From NCBI GenBank assembly GCA_951406725.2, contig OX597823.1, positions 37,200,001-37,264,000 of the forward strand: a stretch of 64,000 nt of DNA. The letters are read 5' to 3'. Under the pieces are notes generated by a model, which made no database searches, was not told where the DNA came from, and saw only the letters and a list, made by a program, of their open reading frames with translations. Below, piece after piece: positions 1-11,771 of this stretch. Position 1 is the first letter of the stretch; each line of letters starts with the position of its first letter. This DNA comes from Octopus vulgaris (lineage: Eukaryota). A program made the translations under genes and the position numbers.

Positions 1-477
1 ACTGTTAAAAGAAATAAGGTTGGTATGACCCCACAGGTGGGTTCTATCGAGGTCTTTGTTTAGTGTCTAGGTTGTGTATGGATGGTACATGGTTAGAAAA
101 GGTTGAAGGAATACACATACAGACGTATATTGGTGTATATTTGTACTATGTATATATATGTACATGTTGCTTCTATTTGTTGCATGGACTTGTGTATATG
201 AAGACTTGTGTATTATGAAGACTTGTGTATTATGAAAACTTGTGTATATGAAGAAGAACAATATTGTAACAACCCTGGTCTAACTGTATGTTTTTTTATA
301 TATATATATATATATACCTGTTTGTATTGATTGTGGTTTTAAAATTTATAAAATTAAATCTACCGTGATAAATTGTTTATATTGTATCGTAATATATGAT
401 ATATTGGAATCTACTATAATATGTACTGTGAAATGAAGATTATTCTAAATCTAATAATATTGTTATTATTGATAAAT

Positions 478-478
<1 letters not shown>

Positions 479-547
<69 letters not shown>
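479..547. repeat. (AAT)n microsatellite
   Basis: Perfect AAT run directly preceding an RLE-LINE 3' fragment. Confidence 0.95.
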
Positions 548-548
<1 letters not shown>

Positions 549-833
549 GAAGGGAACCGAAAATTATATGAGAATGATCCCTGGCTTACCATCCCTGCAA
601 GAAGTGCAAAAGATTGTCTTAACTGGTACATCACACGTATTGAGAAGAGCATTGTCGATGTGAGAACTGTTGCTGCTCATGTATTTTAATTTAACTTAAA
701 AATAAAAAAAAATGAACGAACTATTGAGTTTGGTTTAATGGCCTACCAATGTATACTATGAGTTTCTTTGCCCTAGGAGTCAGGAAGACACTCGGCAAGA
801 AATGGAAGCAAATTTGAAAGAAGAAAAAAAAAG
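548..833 (+). mobile_element. 3' fragment of R4/Dong-like RLE non-LTR retrotransposon
   Basis: Translates as YMRMIPGLPSLQEVQKIVLTGTSHVLRRALSM*, the typical RLE-LINE C-terminus (QKxxLxGTxxILRxxL); followed by a UTR, A-run and (TAA)n. Confidence 0.75.
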
Positions 834-850
834 TAATAATAATAATAATA

Positions 851-1580
851 ATTTATTGTTTCTTGTCCACATATTCTGAAGAAATATAACAAGTAACTGC
901 AGAATATGTGGAGATGGACAAGAAACAATAAATCATATTATCTCTGGCTGCCCAGTCCTGGCTAAGAAGGAATATATTCACAGACATGACAGAGTTGGAA
1001 CCTACATACACTGGAAGCTATGGCAACATTATGGAATAACAACAGAAAAAAGATGGTATAGGCACACACCAGAAAAGGTCACAGAAAATGAGAAAGCAAC
1101 CATACTCTGGGATATGCCGATACACACAACCATACTCTGGGATATGCCGATACACACAGATAGAGAAATTAAGGCCAACAGACCAGATATAGTTGTCAGA
1201 GATAATGAAGAAAAAAAATGCTTTCTAATTGATGTATCAATACCGGCAGATGACAACGTGTCTCTAAAAGAAATGGAGAAACTTTCAAAATACAAAGACC
1301 TGAAAATAGAGGTAACTAGAATGTGGAATCTAAAAACAGGAACAATTTCTATCATAGTAGGTGCATTATGCATGATAAAAAAATATTCAGACAAATGCAT
1401 AACAAAAACACCAGGACTTACAAACACATATAACATACAGAAAATTGCACTACTAGGCACTACACACATCCTACGCAGAACACTTTCAATACAGTAACCA
1501 TCAGAGCATCACAACAAATCACAGCACATACCCAAGGCACACAGAGCTGCGCTCGGTAGTGTAGTGAAAGCACGTTATAA
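851..1580 (+). mobile_element. 5'-truncated R4/Dong-like LINE (CCHC knuckle + PD-(D/E)xK endonuclease)
   Basis: CRICGDGQETINHIISGC knuckle, RHD, ILWD, NRPDIVV...LIDVSIP, EKLSKYKDL, IIVGAL, QKIALLGTTHILRRTL (ORF 1114-1497 is part of it); 30-bp internal tandem duplication at ~1099-1158. Confidence 0.9.
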
Positions 1581-1609
1581 ATATATATATATATATATAT
1601 ATATTAAAT

Positions 1610-1990
1610 TATAAATGTATCGTGTACATGTATTTATATTTTGAAAGTTCTTTATAATCTCTGACGAGGTCTATTGTTATGTATAAGTACCCCACTTTTA
1701 AATGCCTACAACCTCAATATAATTGACAACTATAGGCACTGAAAAACTACTTTTTTCCATAGGCGTTTCAGCCTATGGAAAAAAAAGTTTTCGCTATGAA
1801 AAAGTAGCTGTAAGAGTGAGTTTAATGATTTCAATAATATATATTAAGATTTTTATAATTGTATTCTTATCTTATATGTATTGAAATATAATATATATAT
1901 ATGTATGTTATTAAGGTTCTCGTTTTTGTTAAATAAATAAATAAGTCAACATTCTAATATCCTAAACCAACTAAATTGTTTCTACATTTT
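1610..1990 (+). repeat. Penelope pLTR-like segment with decayed hammerhead core
   Basis: tct-CTGACGA at 1658-1667 and gaaa..agctg-TA-aga near 1798-1815; flanked by (TA)n; internal hairpin at 1751-1784. Confidence 0.35.
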
Positions 1991-1998
1991 CTTATTTG

Positions 1999-2335
<337 letters not shown>

Positions 2336-2345
2336 TATATTTATC

Positions 2346-2399
<54 letters not shown>

Positions 2400-2436
2400 T
2401 ATATTTATATATTATTTATATTATTATGTATATACT

Positions 2437-2467
<31 letters not shown>

Positions 2468-2515
2468 ATGTATGTGTGTGCATATATATATATATGTGTG
2501 TGTGTATATATATAC

Positions 2516-2551
<36 letters not shown>

Positions 2552-2850
2552 AATGAGATGTGGGAAGAGCCGTAAAATGCGACAACCGATGCAGATTTTG
2601 TGGAGTTAACGCTGAAAATGCCACCCATATCATAAGCACTGGTCCGAAAATGTCATCACGGTATAATCTACCGATGAGACGTGACGTTGTAGCTAGGACA
2701 TTCTCTAATGAGATCCATCGGAAGGATAATCCCGAGTACAAAGTGTTATATCGCACTTTCGGATGGCGTGCCTTCGCCAATAACGTACCTCTACTCAACT
2801 ACCGACTATTCGACTCAACAGAACGCGACGTCTAGTCTACCGACGGCTCC

Positions 2851-4550
2851 TGTTTCTTTATTATAACCACAAGTGCTCAAAATACAGGGGGACAAAGAAG
2901 GACAGACAGGACACCACAGAGGGGACAATACATAGAACGAATATGAGTGAAATGGTTATATAATAAGGAAATTATGAACGGCTGCTTGCGCCCCTCATCA
3001 CATGCGGTACCATTAATGTTGTTTACAGTCAATTATTACCGGATATTTAAATAACAATTAACTATCATGTAACATACCATTGCAAGTCACCAATCCGTGT
3101 ATTATCCGGCGTCCACATCGGATTCTTGACGTATTGTCTTTCCAATAAAACAATCTTATGACTCGCTATCCATTGACAGAGGTCTATCTGAAGGATAGTC
3201 CTTTATTAGCGGTATCACGTCATCCCAGTCGATTACTGGTTCCACCTTTTCAAACTCGACTTCAAACTGTACCATTTCCATATCGCACCTTTATTCCAAC
3301 TCCTCATAGCAGTTCGGTTCTATTATTATTGCTTTAGTCCCATCCTTGTCGTAATCCTTTTGGTACTCCACATAATACCATCTCTTCTTCGTCTAGTTTT
3401 CACTCCCTCCTTCATTCCTTTTTTTTTTCACCTCTCATCAACCTCACCTCCGGAGGAAAAACTTTCAAACTTTCCTCTTCTGTTTTTCTTGTCACCATTT
3501 TGTCTCGGTTACTTCCCACTGCCTCTTTTTTTCTTTTTCAACTTCTCCGGTGGAGAACCCCTTCTACCTTTTATTTTTCGCGGTTTCACCTCCACGAATT
3601 CCTCTTCTGTATCCACTGTTTCACTTCCTTCTCCACATCCCACCACGTTTGCCTCTCTATGCGTCGAACTCTCCTTCCTGTTTTTCCTTGCTTTGAGGAC
3701 AGTCCGCTTTTTTGTGTCCTCTTTTGCTACACAAAAAACATTTCAAAGGCCTGCCCTCTACCACCACATTCAGCTTGTATCCTTCGGGCAGTACTATTTC
3801 CTCAATTATGGAATTCAGATCTTCCAGGGTGGCTTGAATTTACATTTCCAGCCCGTATCACCCAGAAGTCTAACTTTTGAGTTCTTGTTGCCATTAATAT
3901 TGTCGGACTCTGTTTCATGTGGAACAAGACTGCCGCCATAATCCACGTCTCGTCGTATTCGGGTGGGATTTTACCCACCCTTACTCTGTCCATTCTTTTC
4001 CCGCAGTAACTCGGTAGGAAAGCCCACTCGTCATTCCTAATCGCGTTTACTGCATGCTCTGCTGCTACTTCTTCGGGTGCGAACCTGACTTCTACCATTT
4101 CGAACTTCTGACTTCTTGTTACAAAAGTCGTCAGGTGTTTAATATTTTTGAGTGTTTTTTCTATACTCGCAGTCGTTGAGGTTTCGATTTTTCCTGTGGA
4201 CAATCTTAAAGTCTTATACAGGACCGTTCTTTTTTGTAAACTTTCCAAAAATTTTTTTGGCGGTGCTGTTCCTTGATTCATTAACAATTTTCCACATTCT
4301 TCAATTCTGCCTGTTTCTACCTTTACTTTCTTCACTGTTAACGAGGCAGTATTGTTACTACCTGTTGCCGTCGCTGCATAGCTCTGGCTCGAGGTATTCA
4401 AATTCTCTATTATACAATTGAATAAAAAAAAACAGAAATATACAGGCACACCCGCTCAGGGAAAGCCTTCAATAATCAATCAGTAATAATTAATTCACAA
4501 TTAATTAACTTGTAACTCACAAAAATTAACTCGAACACTCTCTGACGGCT
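2851..4550 (-). mobile_element. ORF1-only (HAL1-like) Tx1/L1-derived retroelement, copy 1 (1700 bp, frameshifted)
   Basis: 15-bp TSD tctaccgacggctcc (2836-2850, 4551-4565); ORF1-like protein with SYAA, EVRF, LPSYCGKR..RVRVGKIPPE and knuckle CFLCSKRGHKKADC; AATAAA at the 3' end; no endonuclease or RT motifs seen. Confidence 0.8.
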
Positions 4551-4580
4551 TCTACCGACGGCTCCGACTCGCTCTACGCT

Positions 4581-6276
4581 TTCTCTTTATTATAGGCATA
4601 TAGCCTTCTTTATAGAATGGATATTACAAAGACAAACGTGGGGTATATAAAATGTTTAACGAATGAATTATAAAATGTGAAATTATGATAATGAAATGGC
4701 TTTCTACCCCCAAAGTAGAAAGCACCATTTTACTGTTTTTATACTTAATGCTTTTGTTCAGTATGTATTATATTTATATTGGATAAGGTATTAAGTCTGT
4801 ATACATTACCACTGGTGGCAATTCATCATATTGAAACCGCTTTCTTGTAATTTCCGCTCTGCTTCCAAATGTCACTTTTAGTCTTGCTGCTCTTTCGTTC
4901 TCAAGTAGCACTGCTTTCACAATACGGTTCTCTTCATTATCTACTAATTTCACTCTTATTACACCTTTCATTTTTGCTATACGCTTTTCCATTTCCACAC
5001 TTTTCTCGTACACCACAAACATTCGTTCATGTTTTCCTTTGCGTGGCTTTCTCGGCTGTATTTCTTCACTCTCTACTGGTGCTTCCATTTCTATTTGCTG
5101 TTCGTTTTCTTGTCTTTTCTGTCCTTCCTCCTCCTTACTCGTTGAAGGTTCCGGCTCTTGAGTTCGATTCTCCGTTGCTTCCTCATTTCTTCTTTTCTCT
5201 TTTTTCTTTTCCTCCGCCTTACTTTTTTTTTCGGGGGCGATTCGCTATTTCCTTTCTTCTCCACCAATGTGAACTCTATTTCCTTCTCCGATACTATATT
5301 CACTTCTATCTGATGCCCCTCCTCTACCACCTCTTGTTCGTGTTTCTGAGGACACTTTGCCTTCATGTGCCATCCCTACTCCCTATTGGAAGCATTATTG
5401 GTGGTCTACCCTCCACCATGACTCTCAGTCTGGTCTCATCGGGCAGGACTATCTCTTCTATCATTTTGTGGAGGTCAGGCAGCTGATAAGTACCATCACT
5501 TCTAGGCCATACCCCCACCAGTTCCTCCTCCTCCTCACTTCTAGGCCACACCCCCACCAGTTGACCTCCGCTGTCTTTGACATCTTTAACATCTCCGCCT
5601 TCTCCTCTGTATTGTAGAGGATGGCCGCCACAAGCCAGTCTTCGTCAATTTCGGGTGGCATTCTCCCTACCCTCACTCTGGCTGCGCCTCCGCCACAGCA
5701 AGTGGGCAAGAGTACCCACTGTGCCGGCCTCAAGGCTACGGTGGAGCACCTCCCCACTTCGTTCTCATTAACGAAGCGCACCTCCATCGCGCCAAACCCT
5801 CGTCCCCTGCTATAGAAAGTCGTCACTTCCGCAACTTCTCTCAAACACCCCTCCGCCTCCTCAATGCCTGCCACCTCAACCTTTCCCGTGTCTATGTTCA
5901 GCGCTCGGCAAGTGATCACTTTCCTTTCCGACCTCTCTGCTATTTCTTTGGGTGGTGCTAAACTCAAACACCCTCCTTCCCTCCTCAACAGGTCATCAAA
6001 ACTTTCTGCAATCAACATCCCTCACTTCCAGCTCCTGCACTCGCAGTAGCTCCGCTGTCAGGCCCCTGCCCGTCACCGCAGTACAACTGCCCGTCTGGGT
6101 CGCGCGTTCACAATTCTGCCATTCACAGCTTCACCCATAAATGAGGAAGCCAAACAAGACTTTCAATGAATTCAAAAAATTACAAATTCAACAATCACAA
6201 TTTCCACAATTCAGCAGTTCAGTTACACAAAGCAACAACTCACATGTGAGTGAGATCAAGACACAAAAAATCGGCC
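4581..6276 (-). mobile_element. ORF1-only (HAL1-like) Tx1/L1-derived retroelement, copy 2 (1696 bp, frameshifted)
   Basis: 9-bp TSD ctctacgct (4572-4580, 6277-6285); paralogous to copy 1 (EVRF, RVRVGRMPPE, IEEIVLP..VEGRP, ..GHMKAKC); AATAAA at the 3' end; 39-bp internal tandem duplication at ~5497-5562. Confidence 0.8.
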
Positions 6277-7045
6277 CTCTACGCTATGCTTCCCGTCTAG
6301 CTATCACGTCCACTGTTTATACGTATTAGATTAGTCTACTTATCGTCTGGGAGCGTCCATACAACACAAAGAAATAAGAATCCACAATATGGTAGAAGCC
6401 ATAGCCACTCATAATAAAAAAAGGAGCACTGGTGAAATGTACCAGTGAAGACCTCAATAAAATGTAAGCACAACAGGCCTGATATAATGATTTGGGACAG
6501 AGAAGAGAAACTGTGCACAGTTGTGGAAATTAGCTGCCCAGCAGATGTTAATGCAAAGCTGAAGATCAGTGAAAATGAGAATACCTACATTGAACTATTG
6601 AGAAATCCGCAGTCACTCTATCCAGATTACAAGTTCAGTTTTATAGCTGTAATTATTGGGGGCCTGGGATATGTAGAACACACTGCCTAAATACTAATCT
6701 TGAGAAATTAGGCTTCTCAAAACCAGAAAGATGAAAACTAATTCAAAGACTACAGATCCAATCCATTACTGGAACTGTAAAAATCAGTAAAATTTTCCAG
6801 GAGTTTACCATTTAAATATGTATGAGCATGTCTAGATATGCAACTATATGCATGAGAATACATACATAACATAAAACATACAAATCAGCACATACATACA
6901 TTCATACATACATACATACATACATACATACATACATACATACATACATACATACATACACAAACACACATACATACATACATACATACATACATACATA
7001 CATACATACATACATACATACATACATACATACATTAAAAAAAAA

Positions 7046-7362
7046 GGAGCACTCCGTCGGTTACGACGACGAGGGTCCCAGCTGATACGATCAACGGAAC
7101 AGCTTGCTCGTGGAATTAACATGCAAGTGACTGAGCAATCCACAGACACGTGTACCCCTAACGTAGTTCTCAGGGAGATTCATCGTGACACAGAGTGTGA
7201 CAAGGCCGGCCCTTTGAAATACAGGTACAACTCATTTTTGCCAGCTGAGTGGATTGGAGCAACGTGAAATAAAGTGTCTTGCTCAACACAACGCATCGCC
7301 GGGAATCGAACTTACGACCTTACAATCGTCGGTCGAATGCCCTAACCACTAAGCCACGCACC
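7046..7362 (-). mobile_element. tRNA-derived SINE, family A
   Basis: A box TGGCTTAGTGG, B box GTTCGATTC, body ttgagcaagacacttt..; homologous to 18248-18577 and 41452-41712; inserted in (ATAC)n. Confidence 0.9.
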
Positions 7363-7821
7363 ATCACATACATACATACATACATACAAAAATACCCTGT
7401 TGTTGATGTTGAAATTCCAATGAAGGAGCCTTGGATCTAGGTTTGAAACCGGTTCTTTCTCTATTGACAAGAAATCTTGAAATAAACTGAATAATGATAT
7501 GCATACATACATACATACATACATGCATACATACATACATACATACATACATACATACATACATACATACATACATACATACATACATACATACATACAT
7601 ACATACATACATTCTGAAGCACCTTATCCAAGGAGAGATTTGTCTTAATCTCGTTGTGCTATGAAACTAGATTTAAGCACCACCTATCCTTACGGTGCAG
7701 GAAATGTATATTTAAACGTATGTGTGCGTGTGTATTCAGCAGCTTCCGTGCTTGCTCCTTACAAATAAAATACAATATTACGAAAAAACTCTAACAATAA
7801 TCTATACCCTAAACCGCGTAG

Positions 7822-7867
<46 letters not shown>

Positions 7868-8134
7868 GCACACATACACACACACACCTTATACGCTATA
7901 TACGCCGTCGTTATGCTATCTCTGGTGTGTAATCAAAGTAGTTTAACTATAAACAAACCGAGCGACACGCTCTTATTTAATAGGAAATCCTCTGTTTGTA
8001 TACAATAACGTTATAGTTGAAGTAGCTGTTTATGTACGGTTGTGTATAAATTTCTACGAGCATCTTGAATATGTGTATACTCATATATAGGTGTTAGCGT
8101 GTACAACTGGGTAAATATGAATGCACACACACAC

Positions 8135-8173
<39 letters not shown>

Positions 8174-8389
8174 TAATTACATACGATATATATGTGTGTG
8201 TGCGCCATTCTGAGTAAATGTGTGTGTATGTGTTTGTGTATATATATATATATACATACATACATACACATACATATTTACATATTTATATACACATACA
8301 TATGCATACATATACACATCACGTATAATTTAAATAACCATACATATAAAACACATATACATATATACATATGTGTGTATGTATGTTTC

Positions 8390-8426
<37 letters not shown>

Positions 8427-8583
8427 ACAAACATACACACTCACACAGACACACACACACACATATATATATGCAGGCAGATAGGCCTACGTTCATACAT
8501 TCATACACGCGTAAAATTCCACATATGCGTAAACAAATATACCTCACCCCTCTTCTTTGTAAAATGTGTGTGTGTGTGTGCGC

Positions 8584-8620
<37 letters not shown>

Positions 8621-8832
8621 CATACAGTGCAGCGTCTGTGTGCGCGAATTAGAATAATCCTACTTCACAACACATGTTTGTTACAACCGCATCAGCCTAA
8701 CCTAAACAGTTTTGAATGAATTATTTCGGTGTAAAACATTTCAGTACTGCTTAGAACATCCAACCTTCATGGACGAGGCCATCTCAGATCACACCTCTAT
8801 TTCATTATCCGTACCCCTACGTTCTATATATA

Positions 8833-9522
8833 CAAGGTATTCGCACTAAATTTTACAATTTTTATATCTCCTTTTTTTTTTTGTGTGTAACAGCTTGGTA
8901 TATTGGTGAACTTCAACGGCGTTGGAGAGCATAGAGATTAAAGTTGTAGTCCTCACATGGAGGACTGGAAGCCACTGAAATATTGAAAAGAGTTGCCCCT
9001 TGATGATTCACGCCGGGTATCAAAATGATATCATGGCTGATGGTCAATGCTCTGTGAAGGATGTAAAACGCGACATTTCCCAAGTATTATGCAAACCAAG
9101 TACCCTCAAACTTGGATGTATCTCTATTGAGGGTGACGTCATACCGCCCCACGTCTTTGAACAGAGCCTTAGACTCAATTCAGATCGCTATGTGAAGCTG
9201 CTGGAGAATGTGGTCAATCCCTGGGTAGAGAGGTTGTTGCTAGAATCCTATACATGTGGCAGCAACACCAAGGCTGAACTAGTGGTCAAGATTAAGGGGT
9301 ACTCGAAGATCTTCCGAGGGACTCAGTGAGGAACGTATGCGCCTAGTATCGGAGCTGTTTTGAGGCCATGGTGGAAGTGAGGACGGTTACTTCGAGTAAA
9401 CTTATCGCCTAGTCATAATTTAGTTGATATATTTTTTAATCTTTTAAAAACACTTTTAATTTTGGATGGCACATTGTTTTCTCTTCCCTTTATGCAAACA
9501 GTCAAATTTAACCCGAACACTG
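8833..9522 (+). mobile_element. Deleted Tc1/mariner (maT/DD37D-like) transposon
   Basis: GCISIEGDVIPPHVFEQSLRLNSDRYVKLLENVVNPW is homologous to the transposase remnant at 27130-27600; TA-ca..tg ends. Confidence 0.65.
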
Positions 9523-10254
9523 TTTTACACCAATCTTTCATATACACCTATTTCTTACACATTACATATATATGTACAAATATAAGTAATTATTGGGCAT
9601 GTACCTAATAGTCAGCCGGTGCAGCACGTTCATTATTTATGGCTACCTGACGTCATTTACACAATCGTATCTACAAGATTGTCGGTGGATCTGACTCGGG
9701 AATTCCTCAGTGTTCGTTGAGCATATAATAAATGACAAAATCGGAAAATGGGATATACAAGAAACGAAGCGATCGTTGTGAGGAATAAAGTTTCTCGTAT
9801 ATCCCATTTTCCTTCTCTATCATTTGTTATATATATATACACAGACATATGTGTGTATGTGTGTTTGTGTGTGTGAGTGTGTGTGTGTATGTGTGTGCGT
9901 ACAAACGTGTTTACTGGTGAGCACATTTGTCCGTTTGTATGTATTCCTGATGTATATGAGATTTTGTGTATGTGTTCAGCCCAGAACCTCAAGTGGAGAA
10001 TCCCTGGAATGTTTTGTATATTCTCACTTTTCTTCTAACCAATTGTATCTGGTGAATACGAATCCATTTTGTTCTTTTTTACAGAACCCCAGTATTTCCG
10101 GTTTTCTATGCTGATCAATTATTTTGTGGCCATCTGCACCCATAACACTGTGTAACACAATTTTTATCCTTGGATAACATCTGTTGTTTCCTATTTGATT
10201 ATCCCTAGAATATATGAAAAAGGATTAATATTTCCTTCAGACTCCAAAGAATCC

Positions 10255-10400
10255 CACATAACACATGGCTATGATGTTCTCCCACTACTCTTGTTCATGA
10301 TCAGAGAAGCACATATTATCAGCCACTAAGGGAGATACTCAAGTGGTTAAGGTCAAGTAAATGACAAGCAAATCTTTGGTATTGAGCAGAATATTTGCAA
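10255..10400. repeat. Fragment of the ~545-bp noncoding repeat seen at 55999-56541 and 56810-57358 (opposite orientation)
   Basis: Reverse complement matches gcaaatattctgctcaatacca..gatttgcttgtc..ttgaccttaacca. Confidence 0.75.
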
Positions 10401-10795
10401 TAACGATATTTCTGCTCCAGCAACTCAGCATTAAATTTGTCTAATATGCAATGCAAAATAGATCAGTTTCAAAACATTGATGTCCTGATCATAAAGGCAA
10501 AGTTTTGGATTTATGGAGGGTCAAAGTTAGGAACAGAAACAGGACAGTGGAGACATACAGGGAAATCGGACATGGAGGGTCGTTATCCAAAATTTTATTT
10601 TGGTATTTATCGGAGCAACTGTCTTCGGAGACTCATATTATCGTTGATTGCTCGAAATAGGGAGTAGATAGACTGCTGACAACTGATGAAGGGTCATTAC
10701 TTGTCCTTTTTTTCTCTCGTTATTTGCATATTTAACTCATTTGTTTTCTTATTTCATGTTGTTTACTGTTAGTGACGTCCTGTACCCATATATGC

Positions 10796-10830
<35 letters not shown>

Positions 10831-10934
10831 TGTATGTATGTATGTATGTATGTATGCATGCATGCATGTATGTATGTATGTATGCATCTAAGTATGTATG
10901 TATGTATGTATGTATGTATCTATGTATCTATGTA

Positions 10935-11123
10935 ACTGTGTCTTTGTGTCTGTGTTTTCCCCTGATGTTGATGTGTTCACGTTCCCGTAACTTAGAGGTT
11001 CGGCAAAAGAGATCACCAGAATAAGTACTAGGCTTACAAAGAAGTTCTGGGGGCGATTTCTTCGACTAAAACCCCTCAATGCGGTGCCATAGCATGGTCT
11101 AATGACTGAAAAAAGTAAAAGAA
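10935..11123 (+). mobile_element. SINE family B, 3' half
   Basis: ccgtaacttag..ttcggcaaaagaga..gaataagtactaggcttacaaag..cgactaaa..gcggtgcc..agcatgg..atgactgaaa tail. Confidence 0.8.
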
Positions 11124-11703
11124 TCTGCGTGTGTGTGTGTGTGTGTGTATACATGGATATATTCACAAATACGTATATACATACGCACACGCATGCTTCC
11201 TTAAAGGCACAAAATCGGACGTATAGCGTCAGAATGTTAAGTTTTGTAACAGATGTCTCCCGAAAAAGAAAATGGCTGCCGTTGTGCTTGTTAAACCAAC
11301 ACCGAATGTCTTTGTTACAATTGCCATGTTGTATTCTTATCTTCACCATGTTTGTTTACTCAATGGACAAGAGAGACTGTAGCAGCTTTACTAATTCCTT
11401 TATGTATGTGCAGTAGCTTAATTAAAGACTGAAGTGATGATGTCTTTTAAGTAATCATCTTGTGACTTATCTTGGCAGAATATTTGACAAAACAAGTTAC
11501 AATGGTAAAGTCGCTCACAAAAAACTGGTTGTTCTTTCGAGATCTCCATAAAATTCTTGAAGTGATGTCATATTCGCAAAATCAAGAGTTGACTCCTCAT
11601 ATTCCGTAACCTTATTCTTACGAATTTAAATCAAATAAAAGCTTTACTTAATTGGAATCATGTGATATGTATATCAGTGTGTAGCTACGTAGAAACCTAC
11701 ACA

Positions 11704-11771
<68 letters not shown>

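Larger units (their letters stand above)
2744..6366. mobile_element. ~203-bp solo-LTR-like element (TGTTA...CAACA) with 5-bp TSD, hosting two retroelements
   Basis: TSD caaag at 2739-2743 and 6367-6371; termini tgttatat / atacaaca form a 7/8 inverted match; host sequence = 2744-2850 + 4566-4580 + 6286-6366. Confidence 0.75.
2548..7500 (+). mobile_element. RLE-type LINE 3' portion, split by nested insertions (pieces 2548-2743, 6367-~6860, 3'UTR ~7392-7500)
   Basis: [28 protein letters not shown] joins in frame to EIRIHNMVEA after the insert, then (frameshifted) KCKHNRPDIMIWD..VVEISCP..IIGGLG; the same 3' end and UTR recur at 37691-38312. Confidence 0.85.

Noticed and set aside
1-420. Possible LINE 3' UTR with short tandem repeat gacttgtgtat(t)atgaa at ~187-255
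   Set aside because: Cut by the window edge with no diagnostic motif; not CRISPR-like (no spacers).
3360-3941. Phe/Leu/Ser-rich plus-strand ORFs (also 4869-5486) resembling membrane proteins
   Set aside because: Antisense shadows of the purine-rich ORF1 frames on the minus strand.
2744-6366. A single 3.6-kb Ginger/LTR element encoding two gag genes
   Set aside because: The two coding units have their own TSDs and 3' ends, so they are secondary insertions into a ~203-bp host.
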